DNA from: Bdellovibrionales bacterium
GTDB lineage: Bacteria; Bdellovibrionota; UBA1018; CAIMNF01
DNA: 64,000 nucleotides
NCBI GenBank assembly: GCA_040380025.1
Contig: JBEIJY010000009.1
Coordinates: 1-64,000 of the forward strand
Reading direction: 5' to 3'
Shown: one piece after another, positions 8,715-19,503 of the stretch
Numbering within the stretch: the first letter of the stretch is position 1
Layout of the letters: every line of letters begins with the position of its first letter
Program-made: the position numbers and the translations under genes
Notes under the pieces: model-generated
Database searches by the model: none
Seen by the model: only the letters and a program-made list of their open reading frames with translations
Told to the model about the DNA's origin: nothing

Positions 8715-10052
8715 ATGCAAACCGAGAAGCGCCCCCACATCCATACGCCCCCTCCCGGACCGAAAGCCAAGGCCCTGATCGATCGCGATCACGCCGTCAC
8801 CTCGCCCTCGTACATCAAGGAATACCCGCTCGTGGTCTCGCACGGCGAGGGCATGTATGTGTACGACGTCGACGGAAACTCCTACCTTGATTTCATGGCC
8901 GGAATCGCCGTGACCTCCACCGGCCACGCTCACCCGAAAGTGGTGAAGGCGATCCAGGATGCCGCTTCGAAATTCCTCCACATCTGCGGCACTGATTTTT
9001 ACTACGAATCCATGATCGAGCTCTGCGAGCGCCTCTCCCGCGCGGTTCACCCCTACATGGGCGACACCAAGGTGTTTCTGACCAATTCCGGAACCGAGGC
9101 CGTCGAAGGCGCGATCAAGCTCGCCCGCCACCACACCCGGCGCTCCAAGATTGTGGCCTTCAAGGGCGCCTTCCACGGCCGCACGATGGGCGCGATCACC
9201 CTGAACTCGTCGAAGCCCGCGCAAAAGGCCCATTTCGGCCCCCTTGTGCCCGAGATCTACCATCTTCCGTACTCGTACCCCTACCGGTGCGCCTACAAGA
9301 ACGAAAAGACCTGGTGCGAACAGAACTGCGTCTGCGCGAACAAGCTCGAAGAAGACTGGTTCACCTCGCATTTCTCTCCCGATGAGGTCGCGGCGATTTT
9401 TGTCGAGCCGATCCAGGGCGAAGGCGGGTACGTCATGCCTTCTCCGAAGTTCCTGCGCGATCTTCGCGACATCTGCGACCGCCACGGAATCCTCCTCGTG
9501 TTCGACGAAGTGCAATCCGGGATCGGACGCACGGGCGACCTTTTTGCGGCTGAAACCCTGGGAGTCGCTCCTGACGTGATCCTCTCGGCCAAGGGAATCG
9601 CATCCGGGATGCCGGTCGGAGCGATCATCGCGAAGACCTCGAAAATGACCTGGGGACGGGGCACCCACGGCTCGACCTATGGCGGAAACCCCGTGTGCTG
9701 TGCCGCCGCGAACGCGACCATCGACATCATCTCGGGACTCCTGCCGCACATCAAAAAAACGGGCGCGTTCTTCATGGAAGAGCTGAAGAAACTGAAAGCC
9801 AAGCACCCCGTGATCGGTGACCTTCGCGGTGTGGGTCTCATGATCGGTGCGGAATTCATCAAGGCCGATGGCACTCCGGCCACCGAATATGTCGGAAAGC
9901 TCGAACAGCTTGCGTTCCGGAAAGGCCTGCTGTTGCTCTCGTGCGGCAAGTCCACGATCCGCTTCGCCCCGCCCCTCATCATCACCGAAGCCGATGTGAA
10001 GGTCGGACTCGCGATCCTCGATCAGTGCCTGACGGAGCTCGGTCATGCGTAA
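8715..10052 (+). CDS. Class III aminotransferase (4-aminobutyrate/ornithine/lysine aminotransferase-like)
   Basis: NSGTEAVE, FHGRT, EPIQGEGG, DEVQSGIGRTG, SAKG, HGSTYGGNP. Confidence 0.92.
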   Translation: MQTEKRPHIHTPPPGPKAKALIDRDHAVTSPSYIKEYPLVVSHGEGMYVYDVDGNSYLDFMAGIAVTSTGHAHPKVVKAIQDAASKFLHICGTDFYYESMIELCERLSRAVHPYMGDTKVFLTNSGTEAVEGAIKLARHHTRRSKIVAFKGAFHGRTMGAITLNSSKPAQKAHFGPLVPEIYHLPYSYPYRCAYKNEKTWCEQNCVCANKLEEDWFTSHFSPDEVAAIFVEPIQGEGGYVMPSPKFLRDLRDICDRHGILLVFDEVQSGIGRTGDLFAAETLGVAPDVILSAKGIASGMPVGAIIAKTSKMTWGRGTHGSTYGGNPVCCAAANATIDIISGLLPHIKKTGAFFMEELKKLKAKHPVIGDLRGVGLMIGAEFIKADGTPATEYVGKLEQLAFRKGLLLLSCGKSTIRFAPPLIITEADVKVGLAILDQCLTELGHA

Positions 10053-10974
10053 GCCCAAGCTCACGCCCGACAAGATCGTCTCGATGAGCGAGGCCGTGCG
10101 GGAGTCCGTGAAGCCCGGAAACGAGATTTATCTCGAAGGCTTCACGCATCTCATTCCCTTCGCCGCGGGACACGAGATCATCCGCCAGGGCATTCGCGAT
10201 CTCACGGCGATCCGCCTCACGCCGGACTTGGTTTACGATCAGATGATCGAGGCCGGTCTGGTAAAGAAGCTCGTTTTCAGCTGGGCCGGAAACCCGGGCG
10301 TAGGCTCGCTCCACGCCCTTCGCCGACGCTCCCAAAAAGACTCCGCAAGCAAGATCGAGCTCGAAGAATACTCGCATTTCGGCATGGTCGCCCGCGCCCT
10401 TGCCGGCAGCTCGGGACTTCCTTTCTGGCCGCTCAAGAATTTCGAAGGCACCCACATCGAGGAATCGAATTCAAAGATCAAATCGATCGAGTGTCCGTAT
10501 ACGGGAAACCGTCTCGCCACCGTGCCCGCACTGAATCCCGATGTGGCGATCATCCACGTGCAGAGGGCCGACCGCGAGGGTAATTCGCAGGTCTGGGGCC
10601 TCATGGGCACGCAAAAAGAAATCGCCTTCGCCTCGAAACGCGTGATCATCGTCGCCGAAGAAATCGTCGACACCGCGGTGATCCGCCGCGATCCGAATCG
10701 CACGCTGATTCCCGGGATCCTCGTGGACCATGTCGTGCACGAACCCTGGGGCTGTCATCCGTCCTACGCGCAAGGGTATTACGATCGCGACAATGACTTT
10801 TACGTGAAGTGGGAAGAAATCTCGCGCGACCCGAAGACCTATCAGGACTATCTGGACGCATTCGTATTCGGCGTGAAGGACCGTCAGGAGTATCTGAAAA
10901 AGGCCGGATCCGGGCTCATGGACCGCCTGAAGGCGAAGCCCAGGAAATGCGAGGGAGTGGACTATGGCTACTGA
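10045..10974 (+). CDS. CoA-transferase subunit A (glutaconate/3-oxoadipate CoA-transferase-like)
   Basis: GFTHLIPFAAGHEIIRQG, PDVAIIHVQRAD, HPSYAQGYYDRD. Confidence 0.9.
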   Translation: MRKPKLTPDKIVSMSEAVRESVKPGNEIYLEGFTHLIPFAAGHEIIRQGIRDLTAIRLTPDLVYDQMIEAGLVKKLVFSWAGNPGVGSLHALRRRSQKDSASKIELEEYSHFGMVARALAGSSGLPFWPLKNFEGTHIEESNSKIKSIECPYTGNRLATVPALNPDVAIIHVQRADREGNSQVWGLMGTQKEIAFASKRVIIVAEEIVDTAVIRRDPNRTLIPGILVDHVVHEPWGCHPSYAQGYYDRDNDFYVKWEEISRDPKTYQDYLDAFVFGVKDRQEYLKKAGSGLMDRLKAKPRKCEGVDYGY

Positions 10975-11746
10975 ACTGAAACCATCCGAACGCATGGCCG
11001 TCCGCGCTTCGCAGGAGCTGAAGAACCGCGAAGTGGTGTTTGTGGGAATCGGGCTTCCGAACCTCGCCTGCAATCTTGCGCGCGCGCTCCATGCCCCCGA
11101 ACTCTTCATGATTTACGAGAGCGGAACCATCGGAACGCTTCCTGCGCGCCTTCCGGTTTCGATCGGTGACCCCACCCTAGTCACCGATTCGCTGGCGATC
11201 GTCTCGCAAGCCGATATCTTCCAGCAGTATTTGCAGGGCGGGCTCATCGAGGTGGGCTTCCTGGGCGGCGCCCAGGTGGACCGCTACGGCAACATCAACA
11301 CCACGGTCATCGGCGACTACTCCGACCCGAAGATCCGGCTTCCGGGTTCGGGCGGCGCCTGCGAGATTGCGACCCATTCGCAACGGGTGCTCATCATGAT
11401 GAGAATGAGTCCGAAGAGCTTTGTCGAAAAATGCGATTTCGTCACCAGCCCGGGCTCCCGCATGGATTCCCGAAAACCATCAAAATATCTCGGAAAGACT
11501 CGAAAAGATCTGGGACTTCCGGGAGGCGGCCCGGTGAAGGCGATCACAGATCTGGGCGTGCTCGAGATGATCGGGGGGGAATTCACCCTGACCGAGATTT
11601 TTGAGGGCGTCACGGTCGAGCAGGTAAGACAAAACTGCGGCTGGGACCTGAAAGTCGCCCCCGACCTGCGCCGGATTCCCGATCCCGATGCGCAGACACT
11701 CGAGATCCTCCGGAACCGGATCGATCCCGATCGCTTGTATTTGTAG
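10964..11746 (+). CDS. CoA-transferase subunit B
   Basis: VFVGIGLP, IYESG, FLGGAQVDRYGNIN, RLPGSGGA. Confidence 0.9.
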   Translation: MATELKPSERMAVRASQELKNREVVFVGIGLPNLACNLARALHAPELFMIYESGTIGTLPARLPVSIGDPTLVTDSLAIVSQADIFQQYLQGGLIEVGFLGGAQVDRYGNINTTVIGDYSDPKIRLPGSGGACEIATHSQRVLIMMRMSPKSFVEKCDFVTSPGSRMDSRKPSKYLGKTRKDLGLPGGGPVKAITDLGVLEMIGGEFTLTEIFEGVTVEQVRQNCGWDLKVAPDLRRIPDPDAQTLEILRNRIDPDRLYL

Positions 11747-11752
11747 CCAGAA

Positions 11753-13156
11753 TCAGTGCTTGTTCTCCCGGGCCGCATCCACCATCCCGAGATGACGGTC
11801 AAAGCGCTTCATCACCCAAAGGTGCACGAGCGCCTGCGTGAAGCGGTAAATCCCCCATGGCAAGGCCGGAATGTATTCATGGATCGCGGCGAGAATCACG
11901 GTTCCGCCCAAGGCCTCGCGGAATTCGAGCCTGCCTCGCTTCATTTTCGGGGACGCAAGAAGCCCTCCCCGGATGTACAAAAGCACTCGATCCGGAGTCG
12001 AGCGCTCTACGCTTTTTTCAAGCTCGAGAAGACGGATTCTCCGGGAGAGCAACGAAAAGACGCAGTGATTTCGCTCGACCGTGACCCGAATCAGCGTGCC
12101 GAACTGGAGTGGAAGCCACCGCAGGTACTCGGCCGCCACCCACTCGGCGTCCACCCCCGAGGGATGATGGAGGCGCTGGATCGAGCGCACTTCGCGCGCA
12201 TTCGGGCCCGAAGAAATTCTCGGAGCCCGTTCCATCGGGGCATCCGGCCGCTTCGGATCCCCCGGGTGAAGCGCCTCCGAAAGCGCGCGATCCATCGAAA
12301 TCCGCTCCCGTGGCCAATACGTCCATGCCCGCGCGGGGTCCACCACCATCCGGTGAATCAACGACAACACGAGCGGATACACGAGATCCTTCGAAGTCCC
12401 GGTGATCAGCTTCACCCAAAGCCTCGAGAGCCGGAGAGGCACCAGATTGAACGAAAACAAGCGACGGTGCAGTCCGAGCGCCCGAGCCGTCTTCAGAATG
12501 AGTTCTTGATAGGTGATGACCTCGGGCCCGCCGATGTCATAAATCGCGCCGCGAACGGAAGGGTCCGACAAAGACTTCTCGAGCACCGCGAGCACCTCGG
12601 AGAGAGCGATCGGTTGAGATTCGGTGGAGGTCCATGCCGGGCACACCATGAGCGGGAGCCGCTCCACGAGACGATGAAGAATCTCGAACGAGGACCCATT
12701 CGCTCCGATGATGAGACCCGCGCGCAAAGTGGTGACCGGAATCCCCGAAAGCCGCAGACATTCCTCGACCTCGAGCCTGCTCCGCAGATGCCAAGAAAGT
12801 TCGGTTTCGCCCGGGATCATTCCGCCCAGATACACCATGTGGCGAATGCCCGCTTTCTTCGCACAACGGGCGAAATTGTCGGCAAGAATCAAATCGAAAT
12901 CATAAAACGACCCCTGCGAGAGATCGGCCGAGGGAAGCATCGAGTGGACGAGGTAGCAGGCATCAGTACACCCCACCATCGCCTCCTGGATGTCCTTCAT
13001 CGAAAACAGGTCGCATTTCTTCCAGACGAGCCTCGGATGATGCGAAACGCGGGGAATGCGCGAGAGAGCGACGATCTCGACCTCCTCACGGAGCAAGAGC
13101 TGTTCGACCAAGGCACGACCGATGAATCCGCTGGCGCCGGCAATCAGGAGTTTCAC
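11753..13156 (-). CDS. NAD(P)-binding SDR (YbjT-like) with C-terminal DUF2867-like domain
   Basis: GASGFIG, YLVHSM, HLRSRLEVE, LRAGLIIG; GTG start assumed. Confidence 0.82.
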   Translation of the reverse strand: MKLLIAGASGFIGRALVEQLLLREEVEIVALSRIPRVSHHPRLVWKKCDLFSMKDIQEAMVGCTDACYLVHSMLPSADLSQGSFYDFDLILADNFARCAKKAGIRHMVYLGGMIPGETELSWHLRSRLEVEECLRLSGIPVTTLRAGLIIGANGSSFEILHRLVERLPLMVCPAWTSTESQPIALSEVLAVLEKSLSDPSVRGAIYDIGGPEVITYQELILKTARALGLHRRLFSFNLVPLRLSRLWVKLITGTSKDLVYPLVLSLIHRMVVDPARAWTYWPRERISMDRALSEALHPGDPKRPDAPMERAPRISSGPNAREVRSIQRLHHPSGVDAEWVAAEYLRWLPLQFGTLIRVTVERNHCVFSLLSRRIRLLELEKSVERSTPDRVLLYIRGGLLASPKMKRGRLEFREALGGTVILAAIHEYIPALPWGIYRFTQALVHLWVMKRFDRHLGMVDAARENKH

Positions 13157-13283
13157 GCCCTCGATCGTACCCGATCCGGCCGAGGTTTCAAATCGCCCCG
13201 TTCGGCGGACATCGATTGACATGGATGATCGGAAAAAATAATCTATCGAGAATCTTGATCGAAGAACCAATGATCGGAGAATC

Positions 13284-14231
13284 ATGGCATCCCTGACCCA
13301 GCTCGAATACCTTGTCGCCGTCGAAAAGCACCGTCACTTCGGAAAAGCCGCCGCCGCGTGCGGCGTCTCCCAACCCACGCTCTCGATGCAGCTTCACAAA
13401 CTCGAAGAAGAGTATGGTGTCACCTTCTTCGACCGCTCCCGACAGCCCATATTGCCGAATCCCGAGGCCATCCCCCTCATGGAGCAAGCAAAAGTGATCC
13501 TGCGCGAGTACGGCAAGCTCCGGCACATGACCTCCGACTCCTCGCTCGAGCTGACGGGAACCTTCCAACTCGGCGTGATTCCGACCGTTGCGCCTTATCT
13601 GATTCCCCGCTTCCTGCCCGCCTTCGCCAACGCACACCCCAAGGTCGAGCTCGTGATTCGCGAGCTCACCACGCCCCAAATCATCGATGCTCTCGATCGG
13701 GACGAGATCGATGCCGGGATCCTCGCGACCCCGATGGACATCCCCTCCTTGGACGAGCGGCCGCTTTACTACGAGCCGTTCCGGGTTTACTGCTCGGAAT
13801 CCCATCCGCTGGCCTCTCAAAAAACGATCAGAGAGGACGAGCTCACGACAAACGGAATCTGGCTTCTGACCGAGGGACATTGCCTTCGAAACCAGGTGCT
13901 GAAAATCTGCTCCGCACGGAGGTCACCGGGTGCCTTTCGGAACATCCGTCTCGAAAGCGGAAGCATGGAAATGCTGATCCAGCTGATCGATGCGGGGCAT
14001 GGATTCACCCTCCTTCCGGCCCTGGCCACCGGCCGCATTCCAAAAGAAAACCGCGGTCGCCTGAAGGAAATCCAAAAACCGGTTCCCGCGCGCGAAATCA
14101 GCCTTGTCTACCAACGGAGCCATTACAAGCAGAACATTCTCGGAGCGCTCGCGGACTCGATCCGCTCCCGCCTGCCGGAAGAAGTCTTTCCGAAACGAAA
14201 TGCGGGACTGGAGGTCATCCGGCTGAAGTGA
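13284..14231 (+). CDS. oxyR: Hydrogen peroxide-inducible LysR regulator
   Basis: LysR HTH (HFGKAAAACGVSQPTLS), GVIPTVAPYL, redox Cys pair GHCLRNQVLKIC. Confidence 0.88.
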   Translation: MASLTQLEYLVAVEKHRHFGKAAAACGVSQPTLSMQLHKLEEEYGVTFFDRSRQPILPNPEAIPLMEQAKVILREYGKLRHMTSDSSLELTGTFQLGVIPTVAPYLIPRFLPAFANAHPKVELVIRELTTPQIIDALDRDEIDAGILATPMDIPSLDERPLYYEPFRVYCSESHPLASQKTIREDELTTNGIWLLTEGHCLRNQVLKICSARRSPGAFRNIRLESGSMEMLIQLIDAGHGFTLLPALATGRIPKENRGRLKEIQKPVPAREISLVYQRSHYKQNILGALADSIRSRLPEEVFPKRNAGLEVIRLK

Positions 14232-14952
14232 CCGGGATTGCGGGGAAGATCACATCAAACTTGGTGTTCGGGCAATTCCCGTCGATCTCGATCCGGCCAC
14301 CATGGGCCTCCACCATTCCTTTGCTGATGCTGAGCCCGAGACCCGAGCCTTCTCCGGGGGGTTTCGTGGTGAAGAACGGCAAAAGCACCTTGCCCCGGAT
14401 CGCCTCTGGCACTCCGGCGCCTGAATCGATCACCGATAGAATATGATCATTTCGACTTTGCCGGTACTCCACCCGGACCCAACGGGTTTCGAGATCCTTG
14501 ATGGCATACAATGCGTTGTTCAGAAGATTCACGAGGATTTGCGTGACCGCAACATCCGAACAGCGGATTTCCGCACTCAGATCGCCCGAAGTCTCGAGTA
14601 AAAACCCCTCACTCTTCAGCCGCGACTGAGAAAGGGCGAACGCCTCATCGATCATGGTTCCGACACGGTGGAATCCGAACTGGAGCTCATTCTCGTCCCG
14701 GAGGAGTCCACGAAGCGCCTGAACGATTCGTGCCATGCGGAGCGCGGTATCGCTGATCTGCTCCGCGTGGCGCGCAAGCTCCGGGAGCGAAACATTTCCG
14801 CGCCGGATGGCCATGCGGATCAGATCCGAGTACCCTTTGATGATCGTGAGCGGATTGTTGATCTCATGTGCGAGTCCGGCCGCCATCTCGCCCAAGGCCG
14901 CCATTTTCGCCTGATGAATTGTCAAATCTTTGGCTGAATCACTGAGCATCAC
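14215..14952 (-). CDS. Soluble histidine kinase (HisKA + HATPase only)
   Basis: AHEINNPL, NLLNNA, DSGAG, FFTTK, GSGLGL. Confidence 0.88.
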   Translation of the reverse strand: MMLSDSAKDLTIHQAKMAALGEMAAGLAHEINNPLTIIKGYSDLIRMAIRRGNVSLPELARHAEQISDTALRMARIVQALRGLLRDENELQFGFHRVGTMIDEAFALSQSRLKSEGFLLETSGDLSAEIRCSDVAVTQILVNLLNNALYAIKDLETRWVRVEYRQSRNDHILSVIDSGAGVPEAIRGKVLLPFFTTKPPGEGSGLGLSISKGMVEAHGGRIEIDGNCPNTKFDVIFPAIPVTSAG

Positions 14953-14965
14953 GAATCATTGAGCA

Positions 14966-16795
14966 TCAATCAACGAAGGCCTTCAGGTGCTTCGCCCGGC
15001 TCGGATGCCGGAGCTTGCGAAGGGCTTTGGCTTCGATCTGACGGATCCGCTCGCGGGTCACAAAGAAATCCTGACCCACTTCTTCGAGGGTGTGGTCGGA
15101 CTTCTCACCGATCCCGAAGCGCATGCGGAGCACTTTCTCTTCCCTCGGGGTGAGGGTCGAGAGGACCTTGCGGGTCTGCTCCGAGAGGTTCAGACTGATG
15201 ACCGCTTCGGAGGGGTTGATGATATTCTTGTCTTCGATGAAATCACCGAGCGAGGAATCCTCCTCCTCGCCGATCGGGGTTTCGAGCGAGATGGGCTCTT
15301 TTGCGATTTTGAGCACCTTCCGGACCTTGTCGACCGGCATCTCCATTTTGGTTGCGATCTCTTCGGGCTGGGGCTCGCGCCCGAGCTGCTGCATGAGGGT
15401 GCGCGAGGTCCGGACCAACTTGTTGATCGTCTCGATCATGTGCACCGGAATCCGGATCGTGCGGGCCTGATCGGCAATCGCACGGGTGATCGCCTGACGG
15501 ATCCACCAAGTGGCGTACGTCGAGAATTTATAGCCCCGGCGGTATTCGAATTTGTCGACCGCCTTCATGAGGCCGATATTCCCCTCCTGGATGAGATCGA
15601 GGAACTGCAAGCCGCGGTTGGTGTATTTTTTCGCGATCGAAACCACAAGACGCAGGTTCGCCTCGACGAGTTCGCTTTTTGCGATGTCGGCCTTGCGCTC
15701 ACCGATCATGAGGCTTTCATTGATCCGTTTCAATTCCTCGACGGTGACCCCGGATTCGCTTTCCAGGCGGGAAAGCTTGCGAACCGCCTCTTCCTCCTGG
15801 GCGATGAGCTGGGCGAGCTTCGCCTCGGTGACATCGTATTTTTTGCAAAGCTCCGGAATTTTCGAGGCTTCTTTCGCCAGCTCCGCGATCTGGCTCACGG
15901 CCTCGGCATCCTTCACGCCCAAGTACTGATAAATCTTGGAACGCTCCTCGTTCAGTTCTTTTCCACGGCCCCAGTATTCCTTGATCTGGGCCGAAAGGAC
16001 GTTGATGGTCTTCCGGTTGAAAGCGATGCTTTCGAACGCGGTCTCCACCTGGCGCTCGCGCTTTTTGATCTCGTTCCGGATCGATTCTTTTTCTTTCGCG
16101 GGAGTCTTGCGCGACTCCGGTCCGACGAGCTTCGGGTCCATTTTCTCCTGGAAGGAAAGCAGGGACTTCACCTTCGAAACCGCGCGAATCACTTTATCGA
16201 GGTATTCTTTTTCGTCCTCGGGGGAGACTTCGTCCTCGACCCCGCGGATCACGTCTTTCACCTTGGTTTTTGCGGTCTCCAGGCGCTCACCGAGCTCGAC
16301 GATCGCCATGGTGCCCAACCGGGAGGCGAGAAGCGCACGAAGAATCTCGAGTTCCCCTTCTTCGATCCGCTTCGCGATTTCCACTTCGCCCTCGCGGGTC
16401 AGAAGCGAAACCGAGCCCATTTTCTTCAGGTACAATTTTACGGGGTCTGTGCCCTTCGCATACTCGGCGGTCGAAACCAGATCGCCCGACTCATCCGATT
16501 GCAGTTCTTCGGGAGCCTCGGGCTCGCCTGAAAGATCTTCAAGAAGGGAATCTTCTTCTTTTTCCTCGCCCTCTTCCGGCCTGCGGCGGCCGTCGGTGAT
16601 TTCGACCTCGTTTTCGGCGAGGAGAACCATCACTTCATCGACTTCTTCGGAGGAGACCATCTCGGCGGGGAGAAGCTCATGCACCTCCACGAACGACAAA
16701 AAGCCTCGCTGGACCCCGAGGTCGAGAAGCTTCTTGATGTCCTTGTGATTGCGATTGATTTTCCCTGCAGAATTAGTCGGTTTTTCCTGAGACAT
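14966..16795 (-). CDS. rpoD: RNA polymerase sigma-70 factor
   Basis: Region 1.1, [32 protein letters not shown], region 4 [13 protein letters not shown]. Confidence 0.98.
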   Translation of the reverse strand: MSQEKPTNSAGKINRNHKDIKKLLDLGVQRGFLSFVEVHELLPAEMVSSEEVDEVMVLLAENEVEITDGRRRPEEGEEKEEDSLLEDLSGEPEAPEELQSDESGDLVSTAEYAKGTDPVKLYLKKMGSVSLLTREGEVEIAKRIEEGELEILRALLASRLGTMAIVELGERLETAKTKVKDVIRGVEDEVSPEDEKEYLDKVIRAVSKVKSLLSFQEKMDPKLVGPESRKTPAKEKESIRNEIKKRERQVETAFESIAFNRKTINVLSAQIKEYWGRGKELNEERSKIYQYLGVKDAEAVSQIAELAKEASKIPELCKKYDVTEAKLAQLIAQEEEAVRKLSRLESESGVTVEELKRINESLMIGERKADIAKSELVEANLRLVVSIAKKYTNRGLQFLDLIQEGNIGLMKAVDKFEYRRGYKFSTYATWWIRQAITRAIADQARTIRIPVHMIETINKLVRTSRTLMQQLGREPQPEEIATKMEMPVDKVRKVLKIAKEPISLETPIGEEEDSSLGDFIEDKNIINPSEAVISLNLSEQTRKVLSTLTPREEKVLRMRFGIGEKSDHTLEEVGQDFFVTRERIRQIEAKALRKLRHPSRAKHLKAFVD

Positions 16796-18692
16796 ACGAA
16801 TCTTCAAAATCCTTTAATTTTCGTTGGAGGTCAAGGAATTGTTGAGACAATTCCTTAAATTTTTCCATATCTTGGCGCTGATCCGCCGCCTCCATCTCCC
16901 GTTTCAGCTGATGCGAAAACCGTGCCCATGATTTGTACACCGCACGCTTCAGAAGCCCCTCCAAAACTCGCTCCTCCCCATCGACCTTTTCTTGAAGGAG
17001 CCCCTCCATGATAACCGTCCGTAACTCATGAGAAACTTCTCTCGGGATCACCGTCTCGGGCGCCTGAGACAGACGCGCCCATCCTGTCGGATCGACGATC
17101 AACCCCTGCACCCAGGTTCGGATCTCGGTGTCATCAAACAAGTCAGGGAGTGTATCTTTTTCATGCATTTGCTGCTTCGCAAGCAAAAACATCCGGCCGA
17201 AATTCGAGAACCGGACCAAAAACGTGAGCAAACTCCGATCCGCGGGCGGAATGGGCCGGCGCCGCACGGCCGACGGCGCGGACGGAGCCGGAGCGGGCCT
17301 GGGCCGAGCGGGCATCTCCCGCGGAGCGGGAATCCGGCTTTGGGTGGCGAGCGCTCCGAGTGCCTCGGCAGGAACCCTCCAGCGTCCAAGGAGCTCCGAA
17401 ACCCGGACCGAACGACCAACCGAATCCGAGTACTCGCTCAACCATCGAACTGCAGTCCGGATCGCCTGTGAGCGCTTTTCAAGGTCGCCTTCGCTTTCCA
17501 AAAACAGCTTCTCGATCGAGACATCCAGAAGTGGCTTCGCCTCCGCGATCCACCCCTTCAACCGAACGAGATTCCCGACCGGATCCTCCAGCAAAAACTC
17601 GTCCGGGTCGAGCGTGCTCGCGAATTCGATCCCGTACAAGAGGACGCCCGATTTCAGCGCGAGTTCCATCGACTTTCCGGTGGCGGCAATCCCCGCATCA
17701 TCGCGGTCAAAGAACACGATGATCTTTTTCGCAAGACGGGTCAGCATCTTCAGGTGCTCATCGGTGAGAGAGGTGCCACAAGGTGCGACCACATTCGCGA
17801 TGCCCGCTTGGTGGAGCGCGATCACATCGAAATACCCCTCGACCACGATTGCAGTTTCTTCCTCGCGGATGGCGAGCTTGGCCTGATGGAATCCGTACAG
17901 GAATCTTGATTTCTGGAACAGATCGCTCTCGGCGCTGTTCAGGTATTTCGGAAGCTTCATTTCGGACGGACGCTTTTCGACCGACGGAAGAATCCGTCCA
18001 CCGAAACCGCAGACCCGGCCACGCAGGTCGATCAGCGGGAACACGATCCGTTCGCGGAAAAAATCGTAATCCCCGGCCTGTTTTTGGGACGGCCGGATCA
18101 GACCAAACTCCCGGGCGATCTCGAGCGGCGCCTTGGCGCGGGTGAGAAACCCGGCAAGCGCATCCGAGCGCGAATCCGCTACCCCGATCTGGAATTTCTC
18201 CCAGGTCTCGCGGGTGAGTCCTCGTTTTTTGAGGTATTCGCGTGCCTCATGGAACAAGGGCGAGTCCGTGCCTTGCAACAGATTCTGGTGATAAAACTTG
18301 AGCGAGGAAAAATAATGAAGTCGTGCGGCCTTTTGAATCCGTTGCTTTTTGAGATGAAGAGCCCGCTCCTCGGCGTCGCTCATGCCTTCGGCCGCCTCGG
18401 GCAGGGGGATCTTCGCTTTTTCGGCAAGATCCTCGCACGCCTCCTCGAAACTGAGCCCGTGGAGCTTCATCAAAAACGAGATCGCATCCCCCGTCTCTTT
18501 GCAGCCGAAACAATAATAAAACGAGGCATTGACCGAGAAGCTCGGGGAGCGGTCCCCGTGGAACGGGCAGCGGCCCATGAACCGGTTTCCGGTCTTCCGG
18601 AGCTCGACATTCTCGCCGACGAGCTCGACCAGCGACACAGCCCCCTTCAGGGTCTGGATCCACTCCGAAGAAAAACGTCCTCTTGCTTTCAA
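16773..18692 (-). CDS. dnaG: DNA primase
   Basis: CPFH...CFGC zinc finger, PKYLNS, VEGYFD, TOPRIM DxDxAG, DPD. Confidence 0.97.
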   Translation of the reverse strand: MKARGRFSSEWIQTLKGAVSLVELVGENVELRKTGNRFMGRCPFHGDRSPSFSVNASFYYCFGCKETGDAISFLMKLHGLSFEEACEDLAEKAKIPLPEAAEGMSDAEERALHLKKQRIQKAARLHYFSSLKFYHQNLLQGTDSPLFHEAREYLKKRGLTRETWEKFQIGVADSRSDALAGFLTRAKAPLEIAREFGLIRPSQKQAGDYDFFRERIVFPLIDLRGRVCGFGGRILPSVEKRPSEMKLPKYLNSAESDLFQKSRFLYGFHQAKLAIREEETAIVVEGYFDVIALHQAGIANVVAPCGTSLTDEHLKMLTRLAKKIIVFFDRDDAGIAATGKSMELALKSGVLLYGIEFASTLDPDEFLLEDPVGNLVRLKGWIAEAKPLLDVSIEKLFLESEGDLEKRSQAIRTAVRWLSEYSDSVGRSVRVSELLGRWRVPAEALGALATQSRIPAPREMPARPRPAPAPSAPSAVRRRPIPPADRSLLTFLVRFSNFGRMFLLAKQQMHEKDTLPDLFDDTEIRTWVQGLIVDPTGWARLSQAPETVIPREVSHELRTVIMEGLLQEKVDGEERVLEGLLKRAVYKSWARFSHQLKREMEAADQRQDMEKFKELSQQFLDLQRKLKDFEDSYVSGKTD

Positions 18693-18698
18693 ATCGCC

Positions 18699-19148
18699 TT
18701 AACCGCCCAGTGCTTCGCGGACCAGCTGGTTCACGAGCTTTCCGTCGGCCTTGCCTTGAACCTTGGGAAGAAGCACCTTCATCACCTTGCCGAGATCTTT
18801 CACGTCTTTCGCGCCCGATTCCTCGACCGCGGATTTCACGATCGGACGAAGCTCGTCGGCCGAAAGCTGGGCGGGAAGAAACTGCCGCAAATACTTTGCC
18901 TCGGCCTCCTCGGCCGCAACCAGATCTTCGCGTCCGCCCTTGCGGAACTGGTCGATCGAATCCTCGCGTTGCTTCAGCATGGTCGAAATCAATTTCAGGG
19001 TCTCGCCATCCTCGAGATCCTTGCGATCGTCGATTTCTTTTTTCCGGATCGCGGCGTGAAGGTTCCGGGAGAACTGCAGAGCAGCCTTATCCCCCGACTT
19101 CATGGCGGTTTTCATGGCTTCCTGATTGATTTCCTTGATGGTCGGCAT
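18699..19148 (-). CDS. yqeY: GatB/YqeY domain protein
   Basis: MKTAMK, KQREDSIDQF..GGREDL, DLGKVMK, GKADGK; position in the rpsU-dnaG operon. Confidence 0.92.
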   Translation of the reverse strand: MPTIKEINQEAMKTAMKSGDKAALQFSRNLHAAIRKKEIDDRKDLEDGETLKLISTMLKQREDSIDQFRKGGREDLVAAEEAEAKYLRQFLPAQLSADELRPIVKSAVEESGAKDVKDLGKVMKVLLPKVQGKADGKLVNQLVREALGG

Positions 19149-19164
19149 GACCGCATCGTACCAG

Positions 19165-19202
19165 AAAAAAAGGCGGCTCCCCATCAGGGAAACCGCCTTT
19201 TT
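19165..19202 (-). terminator. Intrinsic terminator between rpsU and yqeY
   Basis: aaaaaggcgg...ccgccttttt hairpin flanked by A/T runs. Confidence 0.7.
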
Positions 19203-19224
19203 CAAAAAATTATTCCGGAAGGGC

Positions 19225-19437
19225 TCAGTACGAGGCCCGCTTCGGTCCGCGGCTGAATCCGCGTTTGAAGCGGTTCTTGCGCGCAGCGATATCTTTCTTT
19301 TTCCGTTTCACAGAGGGCTTTTCGAATGCCTCGCGTTTGCGGACTTCCGCAAGAACGCCTGCTTTTTCGACCTGCTTTTTGAAGCGCTTCAGAGCGGCTT
19401 CAAACGAATCTCCTTCACGAATTACGATACCTGGCAT
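19225..19437 (-). CDS. rpsU: 30S ribosomal protein S21
   Basis: [24 protein letters not shown]. Confidence 0.96.
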   Translation of the reverse strand: MPGIVIREGDSFEAALKRFKKQVEKAGVLAEVRKREAFEKPSVKRKKKDIAARKNRFKRGFSRGPKRASY

Positions 19438-19474
19438 TGCAATCACCCCCTTTCTTGATCGGGATCAGACGGGA

Positions 19475-19503
19475 ACCCTACCGCTCCGGCCCGAAAAATG
19501 CAA
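19475..19503 (-). promoter_or_regulatory. Putative sigma-70 promoter of the rpsU operon
   Basis: TTGCAT-N17-TAGGGT on the minus strand. Confidence 0.6.

Noticed and set aside
6845..10073. Long minus-strand ORFs (495 and 471 aa)
   Set aside because: Shadows of the ALDH and aminotransferase genes in GC-rich DNA
14987..16531. 514-aa plus-strand ORF
   Set aside because: Antisense shadow of rpoD
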